Shown: piece after piece, positions 1 through 13,492 of the stretch
How positions within the stretch are numbered: the first letter of the stretch is position 1
Layout: every line of letters begins with the position of its first letter
Assembly: GCF_963921235.1 (NCBI RefSeq)
Contig: NC_086097.1
Span: 169,820,001 to 169,884,000 of the forward strand
Origin: Mobula hypostoma
Lineage: Eukaryota
Direction of reading: 5' to 3'
Length of the DNA stretch: 64,000 bases
The notes under the pieces: model-generated
What the model saw: only the letters and a program-made list of their open reading frames with translations
The model's database searches: none
Told to the model about the DNA's origin: nothing
Position numbers and translations under genes: made by a program

Positions 1-774
1 TTATTTCACCCCTACCCCCATGATCACCCATGTCTTAGGAAAGCAGCTGGCATCATCAGGGCCCCTATTATCTGGGCCATTCCCCCTTCTCACTGCTGCT
101 ATCAGGAAGAAGGTACAGGAGTTTCATTCTGAAGCACGACTCTTCCCACCTTCAGGTTGGAGCTCTCAACCACATATATTTGTAGCATGTCTGCTCTCAT
201 CCCTTCTCCCCAGGACAGAGCAAAGATAAAGTTCCCATGGAACTTATTTTCCATCCCACTAGCCTTCACAATTAATGTATTATCCTTTGTATTTTCAGCC
301 ATTTCCAAAATTAAACTCCCACTTTCCTCTCTCTTTTCCATTTCTTGTTTCATGAGTCAGTTCTCACTTTGTGATTCCCTGGTACACACTTCCTACCCCA
401 CCCACCACTCCCTGGCCACAGCAGCCGCTGATGTAACTGGAGAAGATACAACTCCAGTTCATCACGCTCTTTCCACCATCCAGGGACCCAAACATTCCAA
501 GTGAAGCAGCTGGATTACTCTTGCAAAGAACTTCTCCTTCTCCTCATCTCCTTCTTTACCTAGAACGGAAGGCTGTAGTTAGAGGTAGAGATTGGCTAAT
601 TGGACTTATTCACACTAGAATGTGGAAGGCTGCTGAGAAGGTTATAAAAGTATGAGATGCAAATTCTAGAATCAATAGTTAGAGTCTTCATCCCAGGGCA
701 GGGTGTCTTGAACAAACAGGTTTATGGTGTGAAGAAGAAACATAAGGGGTAAGTAAACTTTTCACACAACTGAT

Positions 775-1290
775 GGAATGCCAGCAGCTATACTTCATTA
801 AGAGTTTGAGGAGATTTAGTAATGCCACCAATATCTCTAACAAATTTCTACCAATGTACCATGGAGAGCATTCTGACTGGTTGCATCACCAGCTGGTATG
901 GAGGCTCCAATGCACAAGATTGAAGGAAGTTGTACAGTGTTGTAGACAATGGAGGGCATCTTCAAAAAGTGGTGTCTCAAGAAGGATCATCTGTCACTAA
1001 GGTTCCTCACCATCTTGTACATGCCCTCTTTCTCATGACACTATCATGGACAAGGTACAGGATCCTGAAGAGCCGCACGCAATGTTTCAGAAACAGCTTC
1101 TTCTTCTCTGCCATCAGATTTCTGAACAGTCCATGAACACCTGAACACTATACATCTTTCAAACTGTTTATTTGTTTACTTATTAAGTTATGGTAATGTT
1201 TATATCTTGCACTGTACTGCTGCCACAAAATGACAAATTTCATGACATATGTCAGTGGTAACAAACCTGATCCTGATTCTGATTTTGATT
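775..1290 (+). mobile_element. Rex1/Babar-like LINE, degenerate 3' end
   Basis: Frameshifted ORF2 C-terminus (HHLVHALF...YRILKSRTQCFRNSFFFSAIRFLN) followed by a T-rich 3' UTR and a (CTGATT)-like tail. Related copies lie at ~7810-8270, 15000-15490, 45680-46280 and 61325-61560. Confidence 0.65.
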
Positions 1291-1309
1291 AATGATTATA
1301 ATGAGAGGA

Positions 1310-1675
1310 TGTCAGGGTAGAGGTACGTCTCTACCAAAGGAGGTTTAAAGTAGTTCTTCCCTACTCTAGTCTGCAGGTTACCCTTGGGTATGGTGTAGCA
1401 CCTGCTTAGCCCTTTTGATCAGGGTCACCAGAAGCCATGGGAGCAGGTGGTATATGGTCACGTGAGCAGCTGGTGCATATCACAAGTCCTGGTTATGTGA
1501 CCAATAACGCCAGGCAGACAATTCCTGAATGGCAGAGATGTCCTGTATTGTAAAGACACTGCCCAGAAGAAGACAATGCCAAACCACTTCTGTAGAAAAA
1601 TTTACAAAGGAAAATCATGGTCATGGAAACATTATTATCACCCATGTCATATGACACAGCACGTAATGAATGAAC
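1310..1675 (+). mobile_element. Non-autonomous RTE/BovB-related short element
   Basis: Contains AGAAGACAATGCCAAACCACTTCTGTA, resembling the BovB/Bov-A motif GAAGGCAATGGCAACCCACTCCAGTA. Has a short TAATGAATGA tail and a 5' hairpin GGTAGAG/CTCTACC at 1316-1335. Confidence 0.5.
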
Positions 1676-2009
1676 AATTGTAACTAGGTGCTGGAGGGGG
1701 TGGTGGAGACAAGTATATTTATAATATTTAAAAGGTGTTTTGTTAGCTAATTGGGTAGTAAAGGTATAGATGGACAAGACCTAATGGAAGCAAAAGGGGT
1801 TAGCAGATAGCCATCATGCTCAGCATAGACAAGGTTGACTAAGAGGGCCTGTTTCTATGCTGTAATTTTTTGTGATTTCATAGCTCTTTTGTATTACTTT
1901 TGTGTTGGGCACCAACTATTGAATATTGGAGACACAAAAAGCTGCAGATGCTGGAAATCTGGAGTAATACATGTAAAACCAAAGGAAATATGATTCAGCA
2001 AATTTGCGT

Positions 2010-3110
2010 ATGATATGTGGTTGACACCAAAATTGGGGGCAGAGTGGACAGCGAGGAAGACTATCAAAGTTTGCAGCAGGTTCTGGATCAGCTGGAAAAA
2101 TGGGCTACAAAATGGCAGATGGAATTTAATGCAAACAAATGTGAAGAGTTGCACTTTGGGAGGACAAACCAGGGTAAGACCTACAAGGTGAGTGGTAAGG
2201 CACTGAGGAGCGCAGTAGAACAGAGGGATGTGGGAATACAGATCCATAATTTCTTGAAAGTGGCAGCACAGATAGATAGAGTCATTGAGGGAGTTTTTTT
2301 TTTAGCACATTGGCTTTGATAAATCAAAATATTGAGTACAGGAGTTGGGATATTATGTTTAAGTGGTATAACATCTTGAGGAGGCCAAATTTGGAGTATT
2401 GTGTGCAGTTTTGGTCATCTGCCTACAGGAAAGGTATCAATAAGATCGAAAGGGTGCAGAGAAAACTTACAAGGATGCTGCCAGGACTTGAGGACCTGAG
2501 TTATAGGGAAAGGTTGAATAGGATAGGACTTTGTTCCTTAGAGCACAGGAGAACGAGGGGAGATTTGATGAGGTATATAAAATGATGAAGAGTAGATGCA
2601 AGCAGGCTCTTTCCGTTGCGGTCGGGTGAGCCTAGAACTAGAGGTCAAGACAAGTCAAGTCAGGTCAAGTAAAGATTATTGTTATTTAACTGTATACATG
2701 TATACTGTCAAATGAGACAATGTTTCTCCTCCATAGGGAGAGTTAAATGCACCAGGTTACTGGAAGTTCACATCACCGATGACGCCACTTAGTCACTGAA
2801 TATCACCTCCCTGAAACGTCTATAAGCAGCAGCCTGGCATATGAGATCCCATTTTCCAGACGGAACAGGACAGAGTGGAGGGCAGAGTTAAGGTTGAAAG
2901 GTGAAATGTTTAAGGGGAACATGAAGGAGAAATCCTTTAGTCAGAGAGAGGTGAGAGTGGAATGAGATGGATGTGATTTCAATTTCAACATTTAAGAGAT
3001 ATTTGAATAGGTACATGGATAGGAAGGGCATGGAGGGCTATGGTGTGGGTGCTCGTCAATGGAACCAAACAGATTAATAGGCATGGACTTGAGGGGCTGA
3101 AGAGTCATTA
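2010..3110 (+). mobile_element. CR1 LINE 3' fragment (degenerate)
   Basis: ORF2 C-terminal motifs DTKIGG, WQMEFNANKC and [12 protein letters not shown]; frameshifted and interrupted near 2650-2880. Confidence 0.85.
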
Positions 3111-3111
3111 T

Positions 3112-4960
3112 CAACTCCAACAACTTCCCAACCACTGAGATCAGACTAACTGGTTACAATTTCCTTTTGTCTCTCTCCCTTCTCGAAGAGTGGAGTGACA
3201 TTTGCAACTTTCCAGTCTTCTGGAACCAATCCAGAATCCAGTGATTCTTGAAAGATCATTACTAATGTCTCCACAATCTCTTCAGCTATCACTTTCAGAA
3301 CCCTGGGGTGTACACTATCTGGTCCAGGTGACTTATCTACCTTCAGACCTTTCAGCTTCTCCCTAGTAATGGTAACTTCACACACTTCATGACCCCTGAC
3401 ACTTGGGACTTCCATCATATTGATAGTGTTTTCTACAGTGAAGACTGATGTAAAACGCTTATTCAGTGCGTCCACCATGCCATGTTGTTGTCCCACATTA
3501 CTACCTCTCCAGCACCGTTTTCCAATGGTTGGATGCTAGATTAGATTAGATTCAACTTTATTGTCATTGTGCCGAGTACAGATACAAAGTCAATGAAATG
3601 CAGTTAGCATCTAATCAGAAATGCAAAGAATAGTGTTATTTACAAAAAAACTGCGAATAAAAAGTAAGTGCTACAGCACACAAATATAAAAGTACTGAGA
3701 CAGTACAATATGGGTGCAATACTGCTTTGTGATTCCTTTTATTCCACAGTAATACTGATACATCTGACTTTAGCTTCTCCTTCTGAAATTTCAGGTTTAA
3801 TTTGATCATATTATAATCACTTTCCTCTAAGGGTTCTTTTACCTTAAGCTCTCTAACAAATTCCGGTTCATTACACAACACCCAATCCAGAATAGCTGAT
3901 CCCCTAGTGGGCTCAACCACAAGCTTCTCTAAAAAGCCTTCTTGTAGGCATTCTAGAAATTGCCCCCCTTGGAATCCAGCACCAAACTGTTTTTCCCAAT
4001 CCACCTGCATATTGAAACCCACTATGACTAATTGTAACATTGCCCTTTTGACATGCATTTTCTAGCTCATTGAAATTTGTATACTACATCCTTTCTACTG
4101 TTTCGGGGTCTGTATATAACTTCCAGGGTCTTTTTACCCTTGCAGTTCCTTAGCTTTATCTACAATGATTCAACACCTATGTCACCTTTTTCTAATGATT
4201 TGATTTCACTTTTTACCAACAGAGCAACAGAGCCTCCTATGCCTTTCTGCCCATCCTTTTGATACAAAGTGTATCCTTGGATATTAAGCTCCCAGCTACA
4301 ATCTTCTTTCAGCCATGATTCAGTGATGCTTACACATTATAGATGCTAATTTGTAACTGTGCTCCAAATTCATCTACCTTATTCTGTATATTGTGTGCAT
4401 TCAGATAGAGTCCTGTATTCACTCTTTTCGGTTTTTCCCACCTTTTACATTGTGACTCATCCTGTTGACTGCATTTAGCCCAATCATCAGTTTCTCCTTG
4501 CTTGGAGTCTCACTATACATTGCCTCTGTTTGTAAACTGACTACCTCATCTTCAGCACTGTCACTCTGGTTCCCACACCCCTGCTAAATTAGCGTAAACC
4601 CACCTGAATAACTCTAGCCAACCTGCTCGCGAGGATATTGGACGCGCTTGGGTTTTCAGATGTAACCTGTCCCTTTTTTACATGTCACACCTTTCCCAGA
4701 AGAGATCCCAATGATCCATAAATCTGAATCCCTGCACCAATTCCTCAGCCATGCATTCACCTGCCAAATAATCCTATGCTTACCCTCACTGGCATGTGGC
4801 ACAGACAGCAATCCAGAGATTACTGCCCTGGAGGTCCTGTTTTTCAGCTTGCTACCTAGCATCCTAAAATCTGTCTTCAGGACCTCCTCACCTTGTCTAC
4901 CTATGTCATTGGTGCCAATGTGCAAGGCACCAAGAGTTCTGGCTGCTCAGCCTTGCTTTT
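3112..4960 (-). mobile_element. CR1 LINE fragment (ORF1 esterase, endonuclease and start of RT)
   Basis: HIGTNDIG SGNH-esterase motif (4656-4925), EPTRGSAILDWVL (endonuclease) and KSPGPD...PEDWKVANVTPLF (RT). A Rex-like 3' end is inserted at ~3536-3727. Confidence 0.85.
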
Positions 4961-5409
4961 GAGAAATAAACAAATAAAACAAGATTTTCTATTTTGTTAC
5001 TCTTTTATCTCTATATTTATCAAATTAATGCTTTCATCAGAAATCCTTTCATTCTAAAACATTGACTCAGTTCCTCTCTACCTGACCAGTTGACTCTTTC
5101 CAGTATTTTCTTATTGCTTAAAACTTTAGGGCAGCCTTTACAAAAACAGATTTCTGTTAGCTTTGTCTGTGCAGGGCAGGTTGATTACCTAGAGAATGTT
5201 TCTGTTGGCTAGAGACCCCAAGACTAAGGGACATTTAAAAATAGAGTTAGTTACTAACTAATAAATTCAAAAGTGAAAACTGGATAAAGTGCTTTATTCA
5301 GTTAGAATGTTGAACTTGAAAGAAGCAATTGAGACAAATGATTAGTGCTTTTATATTTCCTTTGAGAAAGAGGCCATTTGGCCCATTAAGATGTAAATAA
5401 GGTTGAAGG

Positions 5410-5815
5410 GGTAGAGAGAAGATTTACAAGGATGTTTCCGGGACTGGAGGACCTGAGTTATAAGGAAAGATCGAACAGGTTAGGAAGGACTTTATTCCTT
5501 GGAATGTAGAAGATTGAAGGGAGATTTGATAGAGGTATACAAAATTATGAGGGTATAGATAGGGTAAATGCAAGCGGGCTTTTTCCACTGAGTTTGGGTG
5601 GGACTACAACTAGAGGTCATGGGTTATGGGTGAAAGGTGGAAAGTTTAAGGGGAGCATGAGGGGAAAATTCCTCAGAGGGTTGTGAAGTGTGGCATGAGC
5701 TGCCAGTGGAAATGGTGCAGGCAAGCTCAATTTCAATGTTTTAAGAAGTTTGGATAGGAACAAGGATGGCAAAGTATGGAGGGCTGTGGTCCCAATGCAG
5801 GTTGATGGGAGTAGA
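5410..5815 (+). mobile_element. CR1 LINE 3' fragment
   Basis: Nucleotide similarity to the 3' end of the CR1 copy at 51800-52200. Confidence 0.8.
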
Positions 5816-5829
5816 CATTTTCAATGGTT

Positions 5830-6440
5830 GTTTCCTTTTCAATACTCTGTTTATGCTGGGTTCTAGAGGAATTCCTTCGGTCCCATTCCCTTACATTTCT
5901 CTGTAACCTATTCTCTTTCATATTACTTTTAACATGTTCACTTCTCCTCCTTCCCAGCTAACCTATTGTAGCTACAATAGTAAATTTACCTTAAGACCAG
6001 TGTGTCTTTGGGATGTGGGAGGAAACAGGAGCACTTGGGGAAAATCTGTGCAGTCACAGAGAGAGTGTGCAGATGACTTATTTGCAAAACCAGAGGTTCA
6101 AATCCTATCCCAGGTCACTGAAGCCGTGAGGCAGCTGCATTAATAACAGTGACATTGTGGAGAAGGAGACCATTCAGCCCATCAAGTTTAAACTATCTTT
6201 TGAATCAGATCCACCAGTCCCTTATTTCCCTGTAATGTCATTAAATTCTACCCAATTATCTTGCTCATCCACTACACTGAAGGTAACTTGCAGTCATCAA
6301 TTAACCTACCAGCATGTCTTTGGGCTGCGGAAGGAAATGGGAGCATCCAAGAGAATTTGTCAGGGAGAACAATAAATTCCATATAGGTAGCATCTAAGAT
6401 CAGGACTGGATGATGGGACAGTGGGGCAGCAGCTGTAAAC
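5830..6440 (-). mobile_element. Two degenerate HE1-like (V-domain) tRNA-derived SINEs
   Basis: Reverse strand shows a GCTGCCTCACGGCTTCAGTGACCTGGG head and a GTGCTCCTGTTTCCTCCCACATCCCAAAGAC V-SINE core; a second, more decayed copy lies at ~6150-6440. Confidence 0.6.
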
Positions 6441-9400
6441 GTCTACAATCACAGGGAAAAAAATTGGAAAATCCCAGGAGGCCCAGCCAGCATCAAGGAG
6501 CAGAGAAACAGAGCTGACCTTTCAGGTCAGAAATCCTTCAATATCTGCTGACCTGTGGCATCACCCTTTTAAAACTAATAGGCAAGGAGGAGAAAGAAAG
6601 GAATGAAAGGAAATAGTAAGGGGCAAATGGAGTACAAATGCCATCTTTAACTAATAGGGCTGAATGAATGGCCTTTATATTATTAACAACCTTCACAAAA
6701 ACTATACTAGTAGAGAAAAATTCCTTGTCACTTTTTCTACTATGCTAAATCTGTCAATCAAAAAAACAATTTAAAAGATCTGATGTGGGGAGTGATTGAA
6801 AGTTTGCTTTCCTTGCTCTAGAAAGGATGGGGTCACAATCTAGTTGCAGAACTAAGTGGAAATCTTGCTCTTCAAAAAAAATATGCTTGTAGCAATTCAA
6901 AATCCATTGAAATATTCTAGAACTGAGCCAGGGAGAAATTTCAGCTAATAAAGTAATTGCTTGTGTGTTTCAGATAGCTTTTAATTCCAGTTTTCTCTGA
7001 ATGTACTGGATTCACTATACCACAAAATTTAAGTGCTATTTTCTTTCAGGAATTGGCATTGAAGCACCACAGGGGTTGAAATGAAAGGTAGACTTGTAGT
7101 TAAAGGAAATCACGTAACTATTGCCCTGTTACTTGGCAACCTACACTGAGTCATTGATCTTAAGTAGGAGACATACATTTTCAAATGAATTAAAAGAACA
7201 CAATTACCAAGATGTTGCTAAGGAAGTGTAAATTGAAGTGATGCCATCAATGCTTTCATAGCTAGGAATTTATAAAAATAAGTTAGAAATTTAATTTAAA
7301 GATTAAATGTATTATTTTAATAATACTCTTGCGAGAAAAGCATGAAGTTAAACAGTTTATTATCAATGCTGAATGCCAACAGTAATTGAAAGGTTGATAG
7401 ATATTCTGCTTTGCTCATTTTCTTGCTGTAGTGTAGAATTTTAGCTGCATTTGATATTCAATTAGGAAAGTTAATTAAATACTTTTAAAATTCATTCTTT
7501 CAATAAGGATGTTACACACAAGGCAAACATTTAATTCAATTCCCTAATTGCCCTTTAAAGTGTGGAGCTGATTCACCACCTTGAATTCCTGATATTCCTT
7601 TAGTAAAGGCTCTCACACATGTTGGGGGAATCTTGACCCGGCAACACGACTCTGGATGGGCACGTATGCGAATCAGATGGAAACTTGTTCCATTGCCCAT
7701 GCTCTTTGTTCTTCTCGGAGATAAAGTTCATAGGCTTGATGTTGTGTTAAGGTAGTCTTGACAGGTAAGTGCTAATGTTGCATACTGCAATCACATAGCA
7801 CGATCTGGTATGGCAATTCGAATGTGCGGGAATGTAAGAAGCTGTGGAGGTGAGTGGACTCATGGCACATCACTCCCCACCATTGAAAATATCTATATGA
7901 GACTCGGCTTCAAGAGGGCAACTCAAATATCTCCACTATCGTGGCCATGCCGTCTTTTTGCAGCTGTTATTGGCCAGGAGGTGCAGAAACCCCAAGTCTC
8001 ATACCTCCAGGTTCAAGAACTGCTACTTCTGGTCTTGAACTAACTGGCACAACAATTTAGTGACACCATGACCACTTCAATCACTTTGCACGAAAATTGA
8101 CTTTTTTGTTCTAATTGTGTTCTTTCTTGTAAAAATTGTGTATAATTTATGGTTTCCTTCTGAATATTGCTAATATGATGCTATGTACCTGTGATCCTGC
8201 AGCAAGGAAGGTTTTCACTGTATCTGTGCATAGGTGTGCTTGTGCACCTGACAGTAAACTTGATTTTGACTTTGCTATCGCTAATGCAGTTTCTGGCCTG
8301 CTCTGTAATTAAGGTTTGCTCTGGATCTGGTTGCATTGGAAAGGGCATAGAAGAGATTCACCAGGATTTTGCCTGGGTTGGAGTGTTTCAGTTATAGGGA
8401 GAGATGGGAAAGGCTGGATTTGTTTCTTTTGGCACAGAGGAGTGTAAGCAGTGGTGGGGGAGACCAGATAGAGATACACAGGCTGAAACTTATTGTCTGG
8501 CATCCTTGTGCCTTCACTGGTGCCAGGTGACAGAAATTGAAGTCTCCCCCTACCTGACCACTCTCCTCTGAGCTTCACACTGTTGTTTTTACTTTCTAAC
8601 ATTATGTAGGATTCCAAGAACTGGATCAGCAACCCGAAGTTTCTGTAAGTTAAAAATGCTGTTGACTGAGATCAAAACAGTTGCACTGGTAGTTAATTCC
8701 ATCAGGTTGGTAGGTTCTCGGTTAACTGTAGATCTAAAATTAACCCAAGTTTATTTTCATGAGCACAAGTACGGTGAGGTGCAGGAACAGTGCAAAACTT
8801 ACTGGCAACAGCATCACAGGCACCTGTCTACAGATTAGTCTCTGGAGCAGCTTGTGTTCTTGTGCATCGAAATAGCCGTACCGGGTTATGATAGAAGCAG
8901 TCAGGACACTTCCAGCAGTGCATCCCTTCTGCTTACACAGTGTCTATATTTCTCTGGACGGAAACAATTGTTGACATTTTGGGAAAACAATGTCACAAAC
9001 AAGTCATAGATTCATACATCACATAATTGGGCCTTTGGCCCAACACGTCCATGCTGATCATTATATTTATCTACGCTGATTCCACTTACTTGCTTTTGCA
9101 GACTTAAGAATATGTCTTCCTCACTGTTATTAGCCTCATGAACTCCTTCACATTCCCTTCCCAGTGGTGCTGCCATTCTCAGACTCTTAATGCTTCTTCC
9201 ATTATTAATTCTGATAATATCATTTTAGCATTTCTCTCTTCTGCACGATTTCAGATTGCACTGCCATCTTTGCAGCATTCTGTTGTTTTGTGCCTGTCAC
9301 AGCTCTTATAATTACCATATAGGCTGTTTACTCTCTGAATTGCAAGCGAGCAAGTAACTTCATTGCACCCTGGTGTTTGTGACAGCAAAATAACCTGAAT

Positions 9401-10057
9401 CTGAGGTCTGTAGCCTTGTATCCCTTGGTGATTCACATACTTGCCTTTATGCTTGTTACATGTCATGAGAGTACCGGCCTACTCCACCGCTTCAGGTGGC
9501 GTGTTCCAGACTGCAAGCACCCCTCAGATCCCCTCTTATTTTAATTCTCTGCCCTCTTGTCTTAAGCACCACCACTTCAGGGAAAGGATCATTAGTGTCC
9601 ATCCTAACTATCATAATTTTTCACAGCTCCCTCACTTTTTCCTCTCAACAATTTCCATTCCATGGAAAATAAACACACCTTCTGCTACCCTTTCTTAGAG
9701 AGTGGGACTGGTAAATCTAGTACCCCTGGATGACAAGGTTAAAAAGGGAATCTTTCAGATATTCTTATCTTAATAATCTCAAAAGCCTAGACGAATATAA
9801 AAAGCAAGGGGGTGAAGTTAAAGAGACTTTAGGAATTCAAAGAGGTCATGAAAAAAATCAAAATAAAATCAAGTCTAGAGATACCTTATAAAGACTCAAA
9901 GACCAAGGGTGTAACTAAGGACAGGGTTGCAAGTAGGACAGAAGGATGTTTTAAGAAAGACTTTTACACTAAAGGCATTTATACTTGCAGTTATTACGCT
10001 GGCTGAATTGACATCAAGGACATCCAGTAATCATACAGTTTTTGTGGTGTGCATTAG

Positions 10058-12305
10058 TAGTGGTTCCTGGGGTGGTGGGAGTTCCTAAGGAGGCAATGGA
10101 GATGGGGGGAAAGCTGAGGGATTCCAGGCTTAATTTAAGAAATTAATTACTTATTATAAGAATTGATCCTCTGCCTCATAATTGATTACCATCATTGTGC
10201 AATCACCTCATCTCTTGTTAACTAAGCGTTCTCTTAGACTTTGCTTGAAGCACTTTGAAATGCAATGCCACACTTTCATATTCGCACAACATGAGAAATC
10301 TGGACTGAAGAAATCGTGTTATTTCTGGACCCAGCCCGTGCATTATTGCTGTTCACTACTGTAGTACAGTGTTAGTATGATTCCCATAGTCTAATCACAT
10401 AGTGACACAATTCCTGTGAAGTAGGGGATGGAGTTCAATGGGGTAAAGTTCAGAACCTGCCCTTTCAAATAGTCTTGACATTTCTCTAGCCCATGGGCCA
10501 ACCAAGATGTTGCTGCCCCACTTTATGTACCTTCAGGGAGAGAGTTAGGTTTTGCCTAAGCTATGATGATGTCATAACTTGTGTGAAAATGTTTTATCAA
10601 ATGAGGCAATGAAACTGTTCAGCTCCTTGAACATTTGAAGAAAATACACTCTGATAATGCAAACAAGAACTTTTCTTAATTTCAGTCACTGAAAACTCAG
10701 AAACAGAAACCACTTCAAAGCATGTTTGCCAGCACTTCACAACAAAACGGTGATGGTTTGCAGCTTCATATAACATTTTGTGGTTCATTGCCAAATCTGG
10801 AAAGCCCTACACAATTGAAAAAGAACTGATTCTGCAAGCAGTAAGGGAGCTTCTGAGTACAATTTGCATAAGTCTCCGGTTCAAATAATTAAAGTGATTC
10901 CACTCAGCAACAACTCTTTTCAAAGACAAATAGATGAAATGTCTGAGAACATGGAAGACAAATTGTGCAACATACTTTGGACAATAGAATTTGCTCTGCA
11001 GTAGGACAAGTCAAATTTTCAGACAATGAATCTTTGCTTCTTGGTTATGTCTGCTCCATAGAGGATGAAGGCATGGTTCAAGAATTGTTATTTGCAAGGG
11101 ACTAGAAACAGGTATGAAGGAGAAGTCAATATTTTGGTTTGTTGAGCAATGTTTCAAAGAGGACATTCTGCTCACTGACACTCTTGCTTGTGCAACACCA
11201 TCAATGACAGGATGCTACCATGGGGTCACTACTTTCTTGAAAAAAAGCTGTAACTGACATATTTACTAATCACAGTGTAATTCACATTCAACACCTTGTT
11301 GCAAAAAAACTGTGTTCAGCTGCACAAATCATTAAATGCTGTTATCACACAGTAAAAAAAACAAGTCCCATGCTCCCAATTCCCAACTATTTCAAGAACT
11401 TTGTGTTTAGAATAATGAACAGCTTGACCGTTTGCTAGTGCATACACAATAGCTCTCGAAAGGAAACTACCAGAGATGATTTAATGGTTCTTTTGAAACT
11501 GTGATAACATTTTTTGAAGACTTGAATGCTTCATTCAGTAACCCAGTCAAGAATATTAGGCATGGCATTCTTTATTTGTTAGAATTATTCTCAAAGTAAT
11601 GAAATCAATCTTCAATTGCAAGGAAATGATGTGAATCTTATCAAAGTCAAATCAGTTGACTCTACATTTAGAGTAACAGTCAAGAGTACAGTACGGCACA
11701 GAAACAGGCCATTTAAACTGCCTACTCCCTACCCTCCATACCCCTACTATCCACGTACCTATCCAAACTTACCTTAAACTTTGAAATCAAGCTTGCACGC
11801 ACAATTTCTGTCCAAGTTAACTATTTAAGTGCAACATTGGCTGTCACGATCTTTTCCAATTTCTGAGCCTTTCTTTCAAAGCAATGAAACAGACCGCAAA
11901 TTACAGAACATAGGGGACTGAGTCTCCTTCTGAAATTCAGCTTGATATTGAGAAGCTGATATCACTGCACCAAGCTCATCCATCTCATTGAATGGTGAGA
12001 AAGCAATGAAGTAGTGAATTGTTGGACTACTAATATATGCCCTAAAATTGTTGAAGAAAATTATTTTTACTCTATTTAAATAAAGAAATTATATTATTTG
12101 CAGGTTTAACAGATTTGAATAACTTTGCAATTACTTGTCACTGCTTTGAATTTGCAGTTCCTATATTCTTTCACTGTGCATCACAAACCAAAATTTTTTA
12201 TAGTTTTTGGGTGTTGGCTGGAAAGGGAGCTGGAGAGCTGGGGATGCGGTTTGGAAGTGAGGATGTGGAAGGAGGAGGTAACCCAAGAAGGTTTTGGAAC
12301 CACTG
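10058..12305 (+). mobile_element. Decayed hAT (Charlie/ZBED8-like) DNA transposon
   Basis: Frameshifted transposase remnants (SNEAMK, IAKSGKPYTI, IPLSNNS, LQLQGNDVNLIKVKS) across ~10595-11875. Terminal inverted repeats TAGTGGTTCC (10058) and GGAACCACTG (ends 12305). A CR1 fragment is inserted at ~11670-11805. Confidence 0.8.
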
Positions 12306-12772
12306 CTTTAGCAGATGTGGGGCATAAGAAGTAACATTTCCTCCTCTGTTAACACTTAGAGTGAACTTGGGTAAAAATTCATACTAAGAATCATTACTGA
12401 CTTTTTGTTACTTAATCCCGGCAACTTCATGGAAGAGAGGAGCAGCAGAATGTGGAACACTGGAGCATACAGTACAGGGATAGGCCCTTTGGCTCGCAAT
12501 GTCATGCCACTCAAATTAAGCAAATGACACCTAATCTCTTCTGCCTGCTCATGGCCCACAATCCTCCATTCTCTGCAAATCCATGTGCCTATCTAAGAGC
12601 CCCTATCATACCTGCTTCCACCACCACCCCTGGTAGTGCTTTCCAGGCATCCACCACTCTCTATGTAAAAAAACGCATAAGGTGACCCCCCCACCCACAC
12701 CTTAAATGCATATCCCCTAATATTAGCAACACACACAAAATGCAGCAGGCCAGGCAGCATCTATAGGAAGAG

Positions 12773-13076
12773 ATCAAAAGTCAAAGTCTGTCCCGAGCCT
12801 TGTGGCCCATCAGGTGGCCTGGTGCTTATGTCGGTTTCCGTGGCGTGAAGCAACTGAGAGTACGAGACTCCCCCCGCCCCCCCGGATAGGACGCCAGTCT
12901 ATCGCGAGGTTAACCCCCAGCATTTGCCGGTACCCATTCTCAGCTGGGTGGACTGGAGAATTGTGTGGTTAAGTGCCTTGCTCAAAGACACAACACGCTG
13001 CCTTGGCCGAGACTTGAACCCATGACCTTCAGATCGTGAGCCCAATGCCCTAACCACTTGGCCACGTGCCACACAC
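12773..13076 (-). mobile_element. tRNA-derived SINE, full length
   Basis: Minus strand has A-box TGGCCAAGTGG, B-box GGTTCAAGTC, core CACCCAGCTGAGAATGGGTACC and GCGATAGACTGGCGTCCTATCC, and a (GACTTT)n-like tail. Perfect 10-bp TSD ATAGGAAGAG at 12763-12772 and 13077-13086. Confidence 0.9.
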
Positions 13077-13492
13077 ATAGGAAGAGGTACAGTGGATGTT
13101 TTTGGGCTGAGACTCTTCGTCAGGACTAATTGAAAAAAGAGGTAGTAAGAGATTTGAAAGTGGGAGGGGGAGATCAGAAATGATAGGAGAAGACAGGAGG
13201 GGGAGGGATGGAGCTAAGAGCTGGACAGTTGATTGGCAAAAGGGATACAAGACTGGAGAAGGGAGAGGGTCATGGGATGAGAGGCCTAGGGAGAAAGAAA
13301 GGGGGAGGGGAGCACCAGAGGAAGATATAGTGAGAGGGACAGAGGGAGAAAAAAGAGAGAAAGAAAGGGGTGGGGGAATAAATAATAAATAAATAAGGGA
13401 TGGGGTAAGAAGGGGAGGAGGGGCATTAACGGAAGTTAGAGAAATCAATGTTCATGCCATCAGGTTGGAGGCTACCCAGGCTTCTTTCAGTT

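Noticed and set aside
6700..7500. AT-rich, apparently repeat-free block as an enhancer or exon
   Set aside because: No ORF or diagnostic motif; it needs cross-species alignment.
12995..13072. tRNA gene
   Set aside because: The A/B boxes belong to a SINE head; there is no complete cloverleaf and it is followed by a SINE body, tail and TSD.
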